Positions 10,720 through 22,055 of a DNA stretch of 64,000 nt are shown here, in pieces. Positions within the stretch are counted from its first letter, which is position 1, and each line of letters begins with the position of its first letter. The translations under genes were made by a program, and so were the position numbers. The stretch lies in the NCBI GenBank assembly GCA_000004985.1, contig GG738921.1; one strand, written 5' to 3'. This DNA is from Naegleria gruberi (lineage: Eukaryota). The notes beneath the pieces are model-generated. The model worked only from the letters and a program-made list of their open reading frames with translations. It was not told the DNA's origin and did not search any database.

Positions 10720-12267
10720 TCATCTAATGTTTTCCAATTTTAGTGTTTCTTCTTGTACATAAATGTCTTTCGTTTGCAATTTAGAAAAGGTAGGATTAGT
10801 TTTCAGTGCTTGTAAACATTCGCTTGTTACTTTCATTTTTCCTTTTCTGTTTCCTTCAAGTTTTGTTAAATTTATCAAATTGGTGCAATTTGATAAAATG
10901 GTTGCATCTATAGATGTTTCTTCAATATTTGTAAAACGTAATTCCTTTAAATTAGACAAGATTGGATTGGTGCAAATTATTTGCAATTCCTTGTTTCCAC
11001 CATCGATACTCAAATATTCCAAATTTGATAGACAAGTAGAATTCAAATAATTTGAAAGGACATTTTGTGATTCCTTGGTAGGTCTAAGACGTAGTTGTTT
11101 GAGCTCTGGACAATGATCAATAAGTGAGGGAAATGGTGCCAAGTTGGAGTCATCCAATTTTAGGTTGGTAATTGAACTTTGACTGTTGGGAGGAAATTTA
11201 GCAATTGTATTATCAAATACCATATTTCGATAAGATTGTACATTCGCATTTACCCATTTGACTGTTGTTAGATTTGGTAAGTTTGGAGAAATAAGCAAAT
11301 TTGCAAAATCCTGATTGTTAATGGAACATTCAGTAATCTTGAGATATGTAAGATTCTTACAATTTCCATTTGATAAAGAAATATCAGTAATTTGGTAGTT
11401 TCCAATGTCCAAATATTCCAAGTTGGGCTTATTTTTCAATACTTCATTCTGAAATTCGTTACCTCTGTAACCGTATGTATGAGATGTTAAATGAGTAATT
11501 TGTTTCAAATATTTGGTACCCAAGCATGACCCAATTCCATCAAAATTATATGATACATCTAACTTCTTAACGGTTGACATAAACGCACTTCCAAATAATG
11601 CATCTGCTTCCGTTTTTTTAAACTTTTGCAGTTGCCTTAAGCTCAGTTCAGTTAAGTTTGGCATTTGACATTTCGTTAAATGCTTTACGGATGATAGAAT
11701 CAAATTATTACCAGAAATATCTAATGTGTGCAATTTATCCCATCTGATACCTTTTCTTGAAAGTGATTGAAATGAGCTAACAAGAGCACCAGACAATTTC
11801 AAAGAAGTGACATTCTTAATTTGTGGACTTTTTACCAAAAACTCAACATTCTTGGAAGCATTCACTTGTATTTCAACCCTGTCCACAACATCTTTCCACA
11901 ATTTTGAAACATATCTACAATAAGCGAGATCATTAACATTCAAGAATTGGAAAATACTAAATAAATTGTCAGAATTCAAACGAGTGGACGAAACTTTTTT
12001 TCTATGAATATCCACTTGTTTTAAAAACTCGTAAATATTTCCAACAAATTCATCAATTATTTCGCTATTGTACACAAAATAACGACTATCAACAAGTTTC
12101 ACCTTATTTGCCAATGAAATTAATTGTGAATTAACAGTCGTCATTTCTTCAAATAACACCGATTCAATATTTTCATCATCAAACATTTTTCCATCATGAC
12201 CATCGTGATGATCAGCAGCCGAAGGCTGTGATGATTCGTGCTTTCTCTTCTTTGTGTTGTTGGTCAT
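10720..12267 (-). CDS. F-box / leucine-rich-repeat protein (515 aa).
   Basis: F-box motif FSIFQFLNVNDLAYCRYVSKLWKDVVD. LRRs such as LKITECSINNQDFANLLISPNLPNLTTVK. ATG at 12267 and a continuous ORF. Confidence 0.6.
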   Translation of the reverse strand: MTNNTKKRKHESSQPSAADHHDGHDGKMFDDENIESVLFEEMTTVNSQLISLANKVKLVDSRYFVYNSEIIDEFVGNIYEFLKQVDIHRKKVSSTRLNSDNLFSIFQFLNVNDLAYCRYVSKLWKDVVDRVEIQVNASKNVEFLVKSPQIKNVTSLKLSGALVSSFQSLSRKGIRWDKLHTLDISGNNLILSSVKHLTKCQMPNLTELSLRQLQKFKKTEADALFGSAFMSTVKKLDVSYNFDGIGSCLGTKYLKQITHLTSHTYGYRGNEFQNEVLKNKPNLEYLDIGNYQITDISLSNGNCKNLTYLKITECSINNQDFANLLISPNLPNLTTVKWVNANVQSYRNMVFDNTIAKFPPNSQSSITNLKLDDSNLAPFPSLIDHCPELKQLRLRPTKESQNVLSNYLNSTCLSNLEYLSIDGGNKELQIICTNPILSNLKELRFTNIEETSIDATILSNCTNLINLTKLEGNRKGKMKVTSECLQALKTNPTFSKLQTKDIYVQEETLKLENIR

Positions 12268-12373
12268 TTTTTTTTTTAAGTTTTTAATTAATAAAATTTT
12301 AAATATATTGCTTAATATTATTTAAATTGTGTAAATTAGTGAAATATTGAATGTTCAGTTTAGTAATTTGTAT

Positions 12374-13513
12374 TTAGTTGTATTGATGTTTTGCAGGTGA
12401 TGCCATTCGAATAGGAGCATCTGGATTCAATTGATAATCTGTTTGTAAGAGTGGATACAGTGTAATTGTCTTTCTGGTACACATTGAAATAATTGGGAAA
12501 TACATGACAGATTGTGAGACTAAATCCTGAGTTCCAGTAATTGCTGATGCAATGTGAATTCCATTCTTGAAAAAGTTGACCTGTTTGGCATCGTAATCTA
12601 TAATGACAGCAAATCGATCACCAACAGAGATCTTTCCAACAAATTCAGAACCTACAGTTCCATCAATAAAGTCGCCAAACATTTTGAATGATTTGTTTTC
12701 GAGAATGTAACCAACTCCAGAGTTTCTTTCAACGAATTGAGCTATGGATTTGTCATTATTGAAATCTTCATAATCAGTTCCAATACCAAATGCTATTGTT
12801 AATTGATGGAGGTCAATGTGTCAATATTTCAAATATAGTAAATTTCCAATATACTTACCAACATTCCATGCATTGCCACACAAGAAATATTCTTCAATAA
12901 CCATCTCATATCCTTTAAATCCAAAGTAAAATTGAGGAGATAGTTCTGATAAATCCTTAATCATTGGATATTTGGATGCTTTAAATGCATACCAAGTTGT
13001 AACGTTAATATTTCCAACAGTTCTCTCTCTATTAATGACCTTTTGTTCCTCAACATCAGATGCCTTGTCAAAACACAACTTTTTCATTTGCATCAACACT
13101 GAACTATACTTGATTGCATTTCCCTCTCTCAAAAAGAGCATTTCCCTCAAATATCGATCCAATTCCTTCTCATTCATTGAATTGACCAACGAAACATCCA
13201 AACCACTACTAATAATCTTTGAATTCACTTCATCAATAAATCCATTCATCATACCCAACAATCTATGTTTCCAAATAGTATTTCTATACGCAGCAACATC
13301 ATCCTCTTCATCATCACGATAATTGGAAGAATTCAAACAACCTCCCAAAACCAAATGATAATAAAATCGATTCAAACAAGCAACATTCATCAATGTATTC
13401 TCACAACAATACCACAGAACATTTACTTGATTATCGAGTGGGAGTTCCTGGAATGGAATTTTGTATAACCATTCACCATCAGCAATTTCCAATGTTGTTG
13501 TTGTTGTTGACAT
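12374..13513 (-). CDS. F-box-like + B30.2/SPRY domain protein. Two exons: 13513-12859 and 12792-12374.
   Basis: Donor g|GTAAGT and acceptor ttaacaatag bound a 66-nt intron. The phase-1 join gives ...CGNAWNVA|FGIGTDYEDF.... The SPRY-like core is FGDFIDGTVGSEFVGKISVGDRFAVIIDYDAKQVNFFKNGIHIAS. The N-terminus is F-box-like (ELPLDNQVNVLWYCCENTLMNVACLNRFYY). Confidence 0.55.
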
Positions 13514-14366
13514 TTTTGTATTTACAATTATTAAATAGTATTATTATGAGTATTAAATATTAAATTATATATTAAATTATATTTAAATAAATTATAGGAT
13601 GATGATGATCGGAATTAATGTATTACAGTATTAACTATTATTATTAATATTCAATATAATATAATACAAAATATGTACAAGAGCCTTTTTTAGCTATATT
13701 GTTGTTGTTGTCTTTTTTCAATAATTATGATATGAAAAATTAAAGATCATGTGATGATGGATAATAAATTGTGTTTCGTTATCTCTTTCGGATGACGATG
13801 ATTCAAAGTCTTGAAATTAATGATGATGAATTAATGAAATTGTAAAGTTATTGAAAAAAACGTTTTTTTCAATTTTTTTTTTGATTTTGGGATAAAAATA
13901 GAATTTTTGAATCGTTTTTAAATTTGAAGTGAGTTTCAAATAGTTGAAGGTGAAGTTGAGAAGATAGGAATCGAATAGTGGAATTAGAGAATTGTTGTTG
14001 ATCATCAGCACAAATGGAAGAGATTAAATAGTATATATGGAAAATTGGATAATTAAGAAACATTGGATTACTGACAACCATTGAAAAGATGAGGAAACAT
14101 TAGTTTACAATGGATTTTTTATTCGAATCCAAAGCTCAATAATCGAGAAATGATTATCCAGTGACTTTTATGAAACTTGATGAAAAAGGACTTTCGTTCG
14201 CTCGAGTTTCAGTAATTTTTATACATTCCATTAAATATTCGCTAAATTACATTCATTTAATATTCAATTTATTGTAAAGTGTTTGTATAATTCAATGAAC
14301 CTTGAAATCAAGTCAAGGAACTTGGAACCTGCATGAAAGAATGAAAAAAAACAAACTTTAAAAAAA

Positions 14367-15677
14367 ATGCTTTCTTCCAATCATCAACAAGTTCTCTTCC
14401 TCTCCAACCAATCCTCCTCGATGGAAATTGACGGAGTTTTTGAAAAATGTAATCTTGTCTCTCTCCATCAATTAACAAATTTGGAAATTAAGAAAATTTG
14501 TCCCTCCTCGAGAAATTCATTTATTTGGACAAGTGAGGAAGATCGAATTTTCAAAGTGGGTCGCTCGAATGTTCCAATAGAATCTGAAATTCAATACTGG
14601 AAGAATCCACTCAATTGTTTCGAATGGAAATGGAAAGAAAGAGTGAATAGATATTTGAGAATGAATAAGGAAATGGCATCTATTGTGGATGGTAGAGTTT
14701 TAAATTTGAAGAATATTTATGCATCGTGGTATGCTGTCTTTTTAGAGTTGGATGATGGAGTTTTCTTTGCTGTCAATGATCAAGATGAAAGAATGTGGAA
14801 ATTGGAAAAGGAAATTAAAATGTTTGTAACCTCGCCATGTAGTAATCATGCTTTGGTGGTATTGGAAGATGATGAGCTCATTAATATTGACAGTTTATTC
14901 TTTCAGATGCCTTCTTCTGAAACAGATCAAATTGATGGAACAATTGTAAAGGCAGCAACATCTGCCAAGTCAGATATCATTTTCACAGATAAGAATAAGA
15001 TGTTTTGTAGAGGGGATAATCGATTCAATGTTCAAAATGGTACTAGATCTAATGGATTTTATTCCTATGTGAGAACTCCTTTCGAAAATGAAAGTCTAGT
15101 TCAACAAGTCAAATGTGGACTTTTTCACACAGCTGTCATGTTGGAAAATAAGAGTATTTATGTGTGTGGACAAAACAAATTCAATCAATGTGGAGTTTCC
15201 TCAAAGGAAGATCAATCCTTTACAAAAATTCAATTCTCTTCAGATATAATTCCAGAGAGTTTGTATTGTGGAAGTGATTCGACTGGTTTCACCACCAAAT
15301 TCTCAACCTCCCTGTATGTGTTTGGTGGCATGTTGAAGAATTTAGATTTGAATGCAGTGGAACATGTCCAACAGATGCAAATTACTCAAAAGAAGGGAAA
15401 TAATCAACAACAACCAACAGAATCAGTTTCGTTTGAACAAGTTTCAAGATTTGAACCTTTCGAATTGATTTCAGGAGTGAAGGGTATTAAACTATCACTC
15501 AAATCCATTCCAAATGCTGATTTCAATTCGGTAGTGTTTGGAGATTCGTACATGTTGGTCTTTAAGAGAAATGAGCTAATTGGAAAAACATTGAATTATA
15601 TTCATTTGAATATGAAACGTCTTGGCTTGCAAATTGATAAGCACTATTCAGATCTTGTCTTTCACACTGAATGTTAA
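14367..15677 (+). CDS. RCC1-like repeat protein (436 aa); paralogous in type to the 495-1694 gene.
   Basis: Single ORF from an ATG. It has RCC1-type repeats (VKCGLFHTAVMLENKSIYVCGQNKFNQCGVSS; MFCRGDNRFNVQNG). Confidence 0.5.
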   Translation: MLSSNHQQVLFLSNQSSSMEIDGVFEKCNLVSLHQLTNLEIKKICPSSRNSFIWTSEEDRIFKVGRSNVPIESEIQYWKNPLNCFEWKWKERVNRYLRMNKEMASIVDGRVLNLKNIYASWYAVFLELDDGVFFAVNDQDERMWKLEKEIKMFVTSPCSNHALVVLEDDELINIDSLFFQMPSSETDQIDGTIVKAATSAKSDIIFTDKNKMFCRGDNRFNVQNGTRSNGFYSYVRTPFENESLVQQVKCGLFHTAVMLENKSIYVCGQNKFNQCGVSSKEDQSFTKIQFSSDIIPESLYCGSDSTGFTTKFSTSLYVFGGMLKNLDLNAVEHVQQMQITQKKGNNQQQPTESVSFEQVSRFEPFELISGVKGIKLSLKSIPNADFNSVVFGDSYMLVFKRNELIGKTLNYIHLNMKRLGLQIDKHYSDLVFHTEC

Positions 15678-15788
15678 TATATACTGTACAAAATTTATAT
15701 ATTTTATGTAAATAATTGATCAAATATAAAATCTTCTATAAATGGAAGAAATAAATAATTATTGAAATATTGCAATTGTGTAGTGTCA

Positions 15789-16543
15789 TTAATACAATTT
15801 ACATTCTGATAGAGTGGCATTGTATGATCCACATCTTGGAATTAAATTTTCATCCCATCCCATGCAACTGTTTGGAATATACAAACAAGATTGTGCAGGA
15901 ATACATCTCTCTGGCGAAAGTGTGTACAAATTACTTGCCTTTCCAACAATTGTTCTTCCATTAACAACTGTAGTTCCATAAAAACATTGTTGTCCAGGAT
16001 AACCAGTTCCAAAAACATAAAACAAAGCAACAGCACAACCAAAAACAAAGAGAATTGGAGTTAAAATCATCAAAATACGTAATTTAGGTTCCAGATAGGA
16101 TGTTCTTTGCCAATAAATCAAAATTCCAAGAGGAACCAATTGAATTATCAAGTAAACCATCATGGCCAAATTACCCCATAATTTCAAATCCGATTCTCTG
16201 TATGTAAATACACCCAACAAGATGAATGTTACCAAACCAATTAATATAACAATTGCTGATGAAGTATATGTAGCTATTTTAATCTATCCATATATATATA
16301 CATATAATAATTATGATCACATCATCATTATCATCCACATATAATAATAACAATAATAACAATAATATCAAACAAATATATCAAACATTAATAGCAATCA
16401 TCCGATCAATATTTAAATTATCATCATCATCAATAATAATATTAATAATACAACAATAATAAATGTAAATATGATCCAATCTATATAACAAAATAATAAC
16501 ATACAGCCTTGCTATTCTCATCACCATAAAGTGGATTCTCCAT
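15789..16543 (-). CDS. Small four-TM membrane protein. Two exons: 16543-16505 and 16283-15789; 177 aa.
   Basis: Exon 1 (ATGGAGAATCCACTTTATGGTGATGAGAATAGCAAGGCT) ends at a GTATGT donor. A 221-nt AT-rich intron ends at ...ggatag. Exon 2 continues in phase 0 as IKIATYTSSAIVILIGLVTF...; the supplied ORF 15789-16235 is its 3' part. Confidence 0.5.
16290..16500. repeat. ATA/ATAACA microsatellite-like low-complexity tract inside the intron of the 15789-16543 gene.
   Basis: Reiterated ataataataacaataataacaataat... Confidence 0.6.
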
Positions 16544-16773
16544 TTTTTTATATTTGTTTTTGGTTTCTTCGAATCTTTACAACTCCTCTCGGAGTTTGCA
16601 AAAAAGGCACCGGGTCTTTGAATTGGAATTAATTTGGACTCTAGAATTGAGTGTTATTTGAATATAAAACAATGATTCATGTTCATTTGTGTTGTATTAG
16701 TTGAAGCTTGTATTAAAGATGGTTTAAGGTATTTAAAGTTTACAAAAATATTTTTTGAGTTTACAAAAAAAAA

Positions 16774-17817
16774 ATGTATCAAGATGCATGGGTGGAGGTG
16801 ATGCAATTTTTAGAGCCGATTGATGTGTTGGCGTCTCTACTCACTCTCAATAGAAATTTGTATGAATGGATTAGAAAATCTTCGTGTTTAACCTTTGATG
16901 ATATTTGTAATTATTGTGCTGGAGATGAAAATTCATCCCGAGGCTTGAAAATTTCATTTCATCATCAAATTGATGATCATGATAATTCAATGATTGATAA
17001 TGTAATTGATGATTATTATGTAAAATTGGTTGGAAATACTAAATATATTATTCGGTTGTACTTGGCAAAATTGGCCAAACGATTGGGAAATCAAAATCCT
17101 GTGGAGAGATCTGAGAAAGAAATTTCAAAAATTCTGAATTCATACGAATTGAAATTATTGAATTTTTATAGATCTGTGTTTTTTCCTCAATTTAAATATC
17201 AGGAGAGTGGAACGATTAATTATTTTGTTTTGGGAGATACAGGAATAGGAAAGACAACTTTCAGATATTTTATATGTTATGGAAAGAAAAAAGATAGTTA
17301 TTATGGAGCTACTGGAATTGATTTTCTTATCAAACGGTTTCAAATTGCTGATGAGATGAAATGTGAACATAAGATTTTTGACACTGCTGGTCAAGAAAGG
17401 TTCTTTGCTCCAAACATGATGGTGAAAAGACATGCAAGAAACGATAGGATGGGATTTCTTCTTTGTTTTTCAATGGTTCATCTAGTGTCGTTTGAGAAAT
17501 TGGATGAATGGTTTTCTGCTGTTAAGGAACATGCCCATCCAGAAATTTCAAATTATGGATTAATTGTTGGATTACATCCCCAGAATATTCGTTGGGTCGA
17601 AACTCCTAGCGAACCTCAGATCTGTGTTAAAGATACTGTAAAGAAATCGTATGCTCTTGGTAAATCAGTGTTTTTTGAAGCGAATTGCAATGAGTCCAAA
17701 CAAGTATTTGCTCCTTTTTGGTTTATTCAATTACAATGCACTTATTTCAATAATTGTAAAGAGAAAGACAAGGATCTAACACAAGTTAATAATTCTTGGA
17801 ACTGCTCAATATATTAA
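16774..17817 (+). CDS. F-box-like N-terminus fused to a Ras/Rab-like small GTPase domain (347 aa).
   Basis: N-terminal WVEVMQFLEPIDVLASLLTLNRNLYEWI fits the F-box pattern. G1 is LGDTGIGKTT and G3 is DTAGQE. There is no canonical NKxD motif. Single ORF from an ATG. Confidence 0.55.
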   Translation: MYQDAWVEVMQFLEPIDVLASLLTLNRNLYEWIRKSSCLTFDDICNYCAGDENSSRGLKISFHHQIDDHDNSMIDNVIDDYYVKLVGNTKYIIRLYLAKLAKRLGNQNPVERSEKEISKILNSYELKLLNFYRSVFFPQFKYQESGTINYFVLGDTGIGKTTFRYFICYGKKKDSYYGATGIDFLIKRFQIADEMKCEHKIFDTAGQERFFAPNMMVKRHARNDRMGFLLCFSMVHLVSFEKLDEWFSAVKEHAHPEISNYGLIVGLHPQNIRWVETPSEPQICVKDTVKKSYALGKSVFFEANCNESKQVFAPFWFIQLQCTYFNNCKEKDKDLTQVNNSWNCSIY

Positions 17818-17888
17818 AATAACATGAAATTCGCAAAATTTACAATCCTCATGTAATGTACATTTGAAATAAATTAAGGTTTTAAGAT

Positions 17889-19670
17889 TTATTGGAATGG
17901 TTCCAATTCAATTTCGAAAACTGAAACTGGTGTCTTCAAACCAAAGTTAGAAGCAACTTCTGGATGAATAATACCGAAAATACCAATCTTCTTGCCCTTG
18001 TAGAAGATATCAGCTTGTCTACCTGGCAAGAAGCTAATATCGTTAGATGGGAAAATTGAGAAACAGTGCTTATCAACAGATTGGCTATGTTCAACTTCGA
18101 ATGGAACAGCTAAAACTTCCATAACTCTGTCAACCAAACCGTGAATCAGTTCCAAACCCGATGTAGCAGATGAGAAGAGAGCAGCAAGTCTTCTATTATT
18201 CTTAGCACCAACATCCTTAGAATCATCAACTAAAATAACATCACCACATTCGAACAATTTGATTGGCAATGGCAATGACTTGTTGCTTTGCAAGGTCTTT
18301 AACAAACCTGGAATCAAACTAATTCTAGCAGTCTTGAATTCGAATGGACATGGTTCAGCAACAGCAATAGCAGTCTTACCATCGTTGACTCTGTTCATGT
18401 ATTTAAAGTTTTCTTCATCGTTACAGAGAATCAAGGACAAAACTTCAGTATATCCTGACATGGCGAGTTCAAGACGCACCATTTCTGACAATTGGTTCAA
18501 TTCATTTTCCTTACCAACAGTTGAAGACTTTGGGAAAGTAATTGGGATATTGTTGTAACCATGAGCAATGGCAACATCTTCCATAATATCACAAGCATGT
18601 AAAACGTCTGAACGAGTTGGTGGAGCAAGAACTCTCAATTCATTATTTTGAGTGACAGTAGCATTCAATTGCATCTTTGTCAAAATTTCTGCAATTTGTT
18701 GAGCAGATAAATTCAAACCAATTCTACTATTAATATAGTCGCTATTTGTAGTGAATTCAACATTATCAAGAATTGGAGTAGGTTCATCCTTTGATTGAGT
18801 CTTATCTTCATATACAATTTCAACTTGTTCAACTGTGAATGGAACAGAGCAATGTTCAGAGAACATGGTAACAACAGTATTCAAGACAACCTTAGCCTTT
18901 GTCAAATCAGTTGCAGTACATTCAATGAAAACATTCTTTGTAGACATTTTGATCTTTGAGTGATCTCCGTTAATAATTGGTGGCAAAGACAAAACTCTTC
19001 TCTTAGCATCTAAAATAACTGGATAAACTGGACTATCCTTGATAATCTTAGTGTAAGGGGACAAGTGCTTCATTTCACTTCCCTTTTTTTCAATAAAAGC
19101 GAAAAGTTCGTCAGCATCCATTAATTCAGTTCTATCCAAAGGAATGAATTTGATTTCTTTTGGTGGAAGAGCTTCATATGTGAAAGGACCTTCAATAACA
19201 TCCAAATCGTGAGTACCAATAGCAACGAGGGTTCTCTTTCTACAAATATTTTGATGAAGCTTTTCTTGTAAATCAATGAAACTATTGTAGGCATCTTCGG
19301 TGAAGGTGATATTTCTCAAGACAGCACCAACAACAAATTTACGGATTGATCCAGTTTCCTTTTTCACGTTAATCTTTAACAATTGTTTGGTTTTGGAATT
19401 ATCAATTTTATAGGTTGGAGCATCTTGACGACCGAGGAAAATGTTCAAAGCTCTGCTCAAGCCTTCTTCACAGAGTAAATCGTATCTGTTGGCTGGGATT
19501 TCAATCTTGTAGATGACTTCATCGGAGAGTTTGCTTGTATCCTTTGCAGAACCCAATTCCTTTTCCTTCATCAATCTTTCAGAGGTAACATCATCCAATT
19601 CAATACCAAAATCAAAACAAAGTTGCTCAAAATCGGCATCGGCTATAGGAGATATTTTTTTAATTTTCAT
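17889..19670 (-). CDS. FARSB: Phenylalanine--tRNA ligase beta subunit, cytoplasmic/eukaryotic type (593 aa).
   Basis: Strong collinear similarity to eukaryotic PheRS beta (FEQLCFDFGIELDDVTSE, IPANRYDLLCEEGLSRAL). Continuous ORF from ATG 19670 to stop 17889. Confidence 0.85.
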   Translation of the reverse strand: MKIKKISPIADADFEQLCFDFGIELDDVTSERLMKEKELGSAKDTSKLSDEVIYKIEIPANRYDLLCEEGLSRALNIFLGRQDAPTYKIDNSKTKQLLKINVKKETGSIRKFVVGAVLRNITFTEDAYNSFIDLQEKLHQNICRKRTLVAIGTHDLDVIEGPFTYEALPPKEIKFIPLDRTELMDADELFAFIEKKGSEMKHLSPYTKIIKDSPVYPVILDAKRRVLSLPPIINGDHSKIKMSTKNVFIECTATDLTKAKVVLNTVVTMFSEHCSVPFTVEQVEIVYEDKTQSKDEPTPILDNVEFTTNSDYINSRIGLNLSAQQIAEILTKMQLNATVTQNNELRVLAPPTRSDVLHACDIMEDVAIAHGYNNIPITFPKSSTVGKENELNQLSEMVRLELAMSGYTEVLSLILCNDEENFKYMNRVNDGKTAIAVAEPCPFEFKTARISLIPGLLKTLQSNKSLPLPIKLFECGDVILVDDSKDVGAKNNRRLAALFSSATSGLELIHGLVDRVMEVLAVPFEVEHSQSVDKHCFSIFPSNDISFLPGRQADIFYKGKKIGIFGIIHPEVASNFGLKTPVSVFEIELEPFQ

Positions 19671-20342
19671 TTTAATAAAAAATTCATTTTTAAAAGGACA
19701 CTATCCTGTTGGCTTTAAGCAGGCTTGGTCATCAGAGAAGATAATAATAATTATGTATTATATTTCCAGCTAAATTGTTATCCAGCCAAGACTGTTTATC
19801 TTTGAACCTATCTATTTTCAAATGAATTCTCAATTTCAAAACACTGACTGCTCTTACGGAATTTACTTGTAAATATATTCATCATCAAACAACTACACCA
19901 AAACAACAACTCTCAAATGTTTTTAAATCATAAGGATAATTATCAAAATCCTCATCAAAACAACAGGCCTCAAGAATGATCATTCCGTTAAATGGTCTAC
20001 TCCACCTCCCGTACATCAGGAGTCGCTTAAATTTACCATGTTACCTCTCGCCAAATGATCCGAGCTTCTTCACAGGCTATCCAAAGAGCCAATAGTGGTG
20101 TTTGGATGGAACTTTTACTCTATTCATCACTCAGTGTCGAGTGACCTTCTTTCGCGATAATGTTTAATATCCAAACAAAAACAAAACCAACAACATTAAC
20201 AGCAACACTGCTTCTCTGTTCTCCTAATAATCGATACTGAACCTCGGAACAAGTTATTAGAAGTTTAACCTTAAGCCTCATTGGATCTCTTATTAGGGTT
20301 GACAATCTTTAACTGTCTGGATATTAACAAATTTAAAAAAAA

Positions 20343-21881
20343 ATGTTTAATCCATTCTTTACACAACCTTCTGGTGGCGCCAATGTCAATCCATCCAATG
20401 TGAATGGTTCAAATCAATTCAATAATAGTGTTGCTGGTACGTATAACAGTTGTAGTAATAGCAGTGGGAGTACAATGCCAAACTTATTTTCAGACATGAT
20501 TAATGTGAACAGAAGAATGATGATGGGAGGATTTAGCATGCCAAGTGTGAATTTTGGTATGACAGTGATGGGTCAATCGAGCACTACTAATATGACAAAT
20601 AGTGGGATGCTTGGTGGAGGAATGATTATGCCATCAAGTAAAACACATGAAATGTGTGACTTGTCTGGAAAGTGGCAAGACAAATCTGGTATGGTTTGGC
20701 ACATTACTCAAAATGGAAATACGTTCCAAATGATTGAGGAAAGGAGTAATTTCACAGGAAAGGGTTCAGTTATTTCGAGCAATATTAATGGAACCGAATG
20801 GGTAATTCATGTGTCATTAACTGCCAGAACATTACAAGTTAATAATCGTTTACAAGCATTCGACAATAACATGCTGGTTGGTCAAAGGGATTTTTTCAAA
20901 TTAATTGAGAAATTTAACACTAATGTGAAACCATCCCCAAACAACGTGATAGATCCAAATTTGAGTTTGAAATTGGTTGGATCATCTTTTAAATCAAAGA
21001 GTGGCGAATGGCAAGTGGTAATGAAACTAAATGAAGGATTATACGCAATTAAGAATGGAAGTGGAATTATGAAGCATTTGTGTATCACCCCAGACAATAA
21101 TGGTCAATTAATGGTTTTCATTTCACAAGAAAACAAATCAGGTAAGGGAGAAGAGGCCCTCTTCTGTTTAACAGCCGATATCTCACACTTGTCTCTTTCC
21201 AATGGAGAAGTTTGGACCTTAGAGGCTCCTCCAACTATCAATTCCCATGTCTACTCATCAATTTATCAACAACCTCAAACTTATAGTCAACCAGGCTATC
21301 CAATGTATCAACAACCACCAACTCAACCAAATTACTACCCTCCAAACAATTCATATCCACAACCTCCAAATCTTTACCAACAACAACCTTTTAATCCTTA
21401 CCCACCACAATACGGGCATCACCATCAACCACAACCAAATTATTATCCTCCAAATAATTCATATGTTCCACCTCCGCAAACTGTCTCACCTCCACCAAAA
21501 ACTATTGGTTGGGTGGAAAGCATTTTGGCTTGTAAAGACGAGAGTTCGAATAGAATTCTTGAAAAAATTGATCAATATTCAAAGAGCCAATATGAAAAAT
21601 GTGAATCTCATCATCTGAAACAAATTTTAAAACTTTTAACTCATGGACCACACCAACGTGATGCAATCTCCTTATTAAGCAAAAATTTAGCAATTGGATA
21701 TTTAACTTGTAGTTCAGTAGCTACAGATATTGTTCCTTGCTTTGACTTTTTCTCTCATACTTTTGAATCAATCACTACTTTAGCTCCACAAATAACAGAC
21801 AGACGTCAAAATGCAGAAGTAATTTGTAAATGTTTCAATGATATTGATGCCAAGAAAGTGAGAGAACTGTTAATGAAATAA
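20343..21881 (+). CDS. Hypothetical protein with an S/N/G/M-rich N-terminus and a Pro/Gln/Tyr-rich segment (512 aa).
   Basis: Single long ORF from an ATG in A-rich context. Low-complexity block YQQPPTQPNYYPPNNSYPQPP. No recognisable domain. Confidence 0.45.
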   Translation: MFNPFFTQPSGGANVNPSNVNGSNQFNNSVAGTYNSCSNSSGSTMPNLFSDMINVNRRMMMGGFSMPSVNFGMTVMGQSSTTNMTNSGMLGGGMIMPSSKTHEMCDLSGKWQDKSGMVWHITQNGNTFQMIEERSNFTGKGSVISSNINGTEWVIHVSLTARTLQVNNRLQAFDNNMLVGQRDFFKLIEKFNTNVKPSPNNVIDPNLSLKLVGSSFKSKSGEWQVVMKLNEGLYAIKNGSGIMKHLCITPDNNGQLMVFISQENKSGKGEEALFCLTADISHLSLSNGEVWTLEAPPTINSHVYSSIYQQPQTYSQPGYPMYQQPPTQPNYYPPNNSYPQPPNLYQQQPFNPYPPQYGHHHQPQPNYYPPNNSYVPPPQTVSPPPKTIGWVESILACKDESSNRILEKIDQYSKSQYEKCESHHLKQILKLLTHGPHQRDAISLLSKNLAIGYLTCSSVATDIVPCFDFFSHTFESITTLAPQITDRRQNAEVICKCFNDIDAKKVRELLMK

Positions 21882-22055
21882 TACAACCACTTTCAAACTT
21901 TATCTCCTCATATATTATCTCACTATTATTTTGATTATTAATGATTCAAAAGAAGAAATGAATCAAATTGTTAAAGTTTGTTTATCTTGTGGATAAATAC
22001 TTTATTTATATACATCTCACTAATATTTGAATTCAAAATTGGAATCTCTTTGCAT

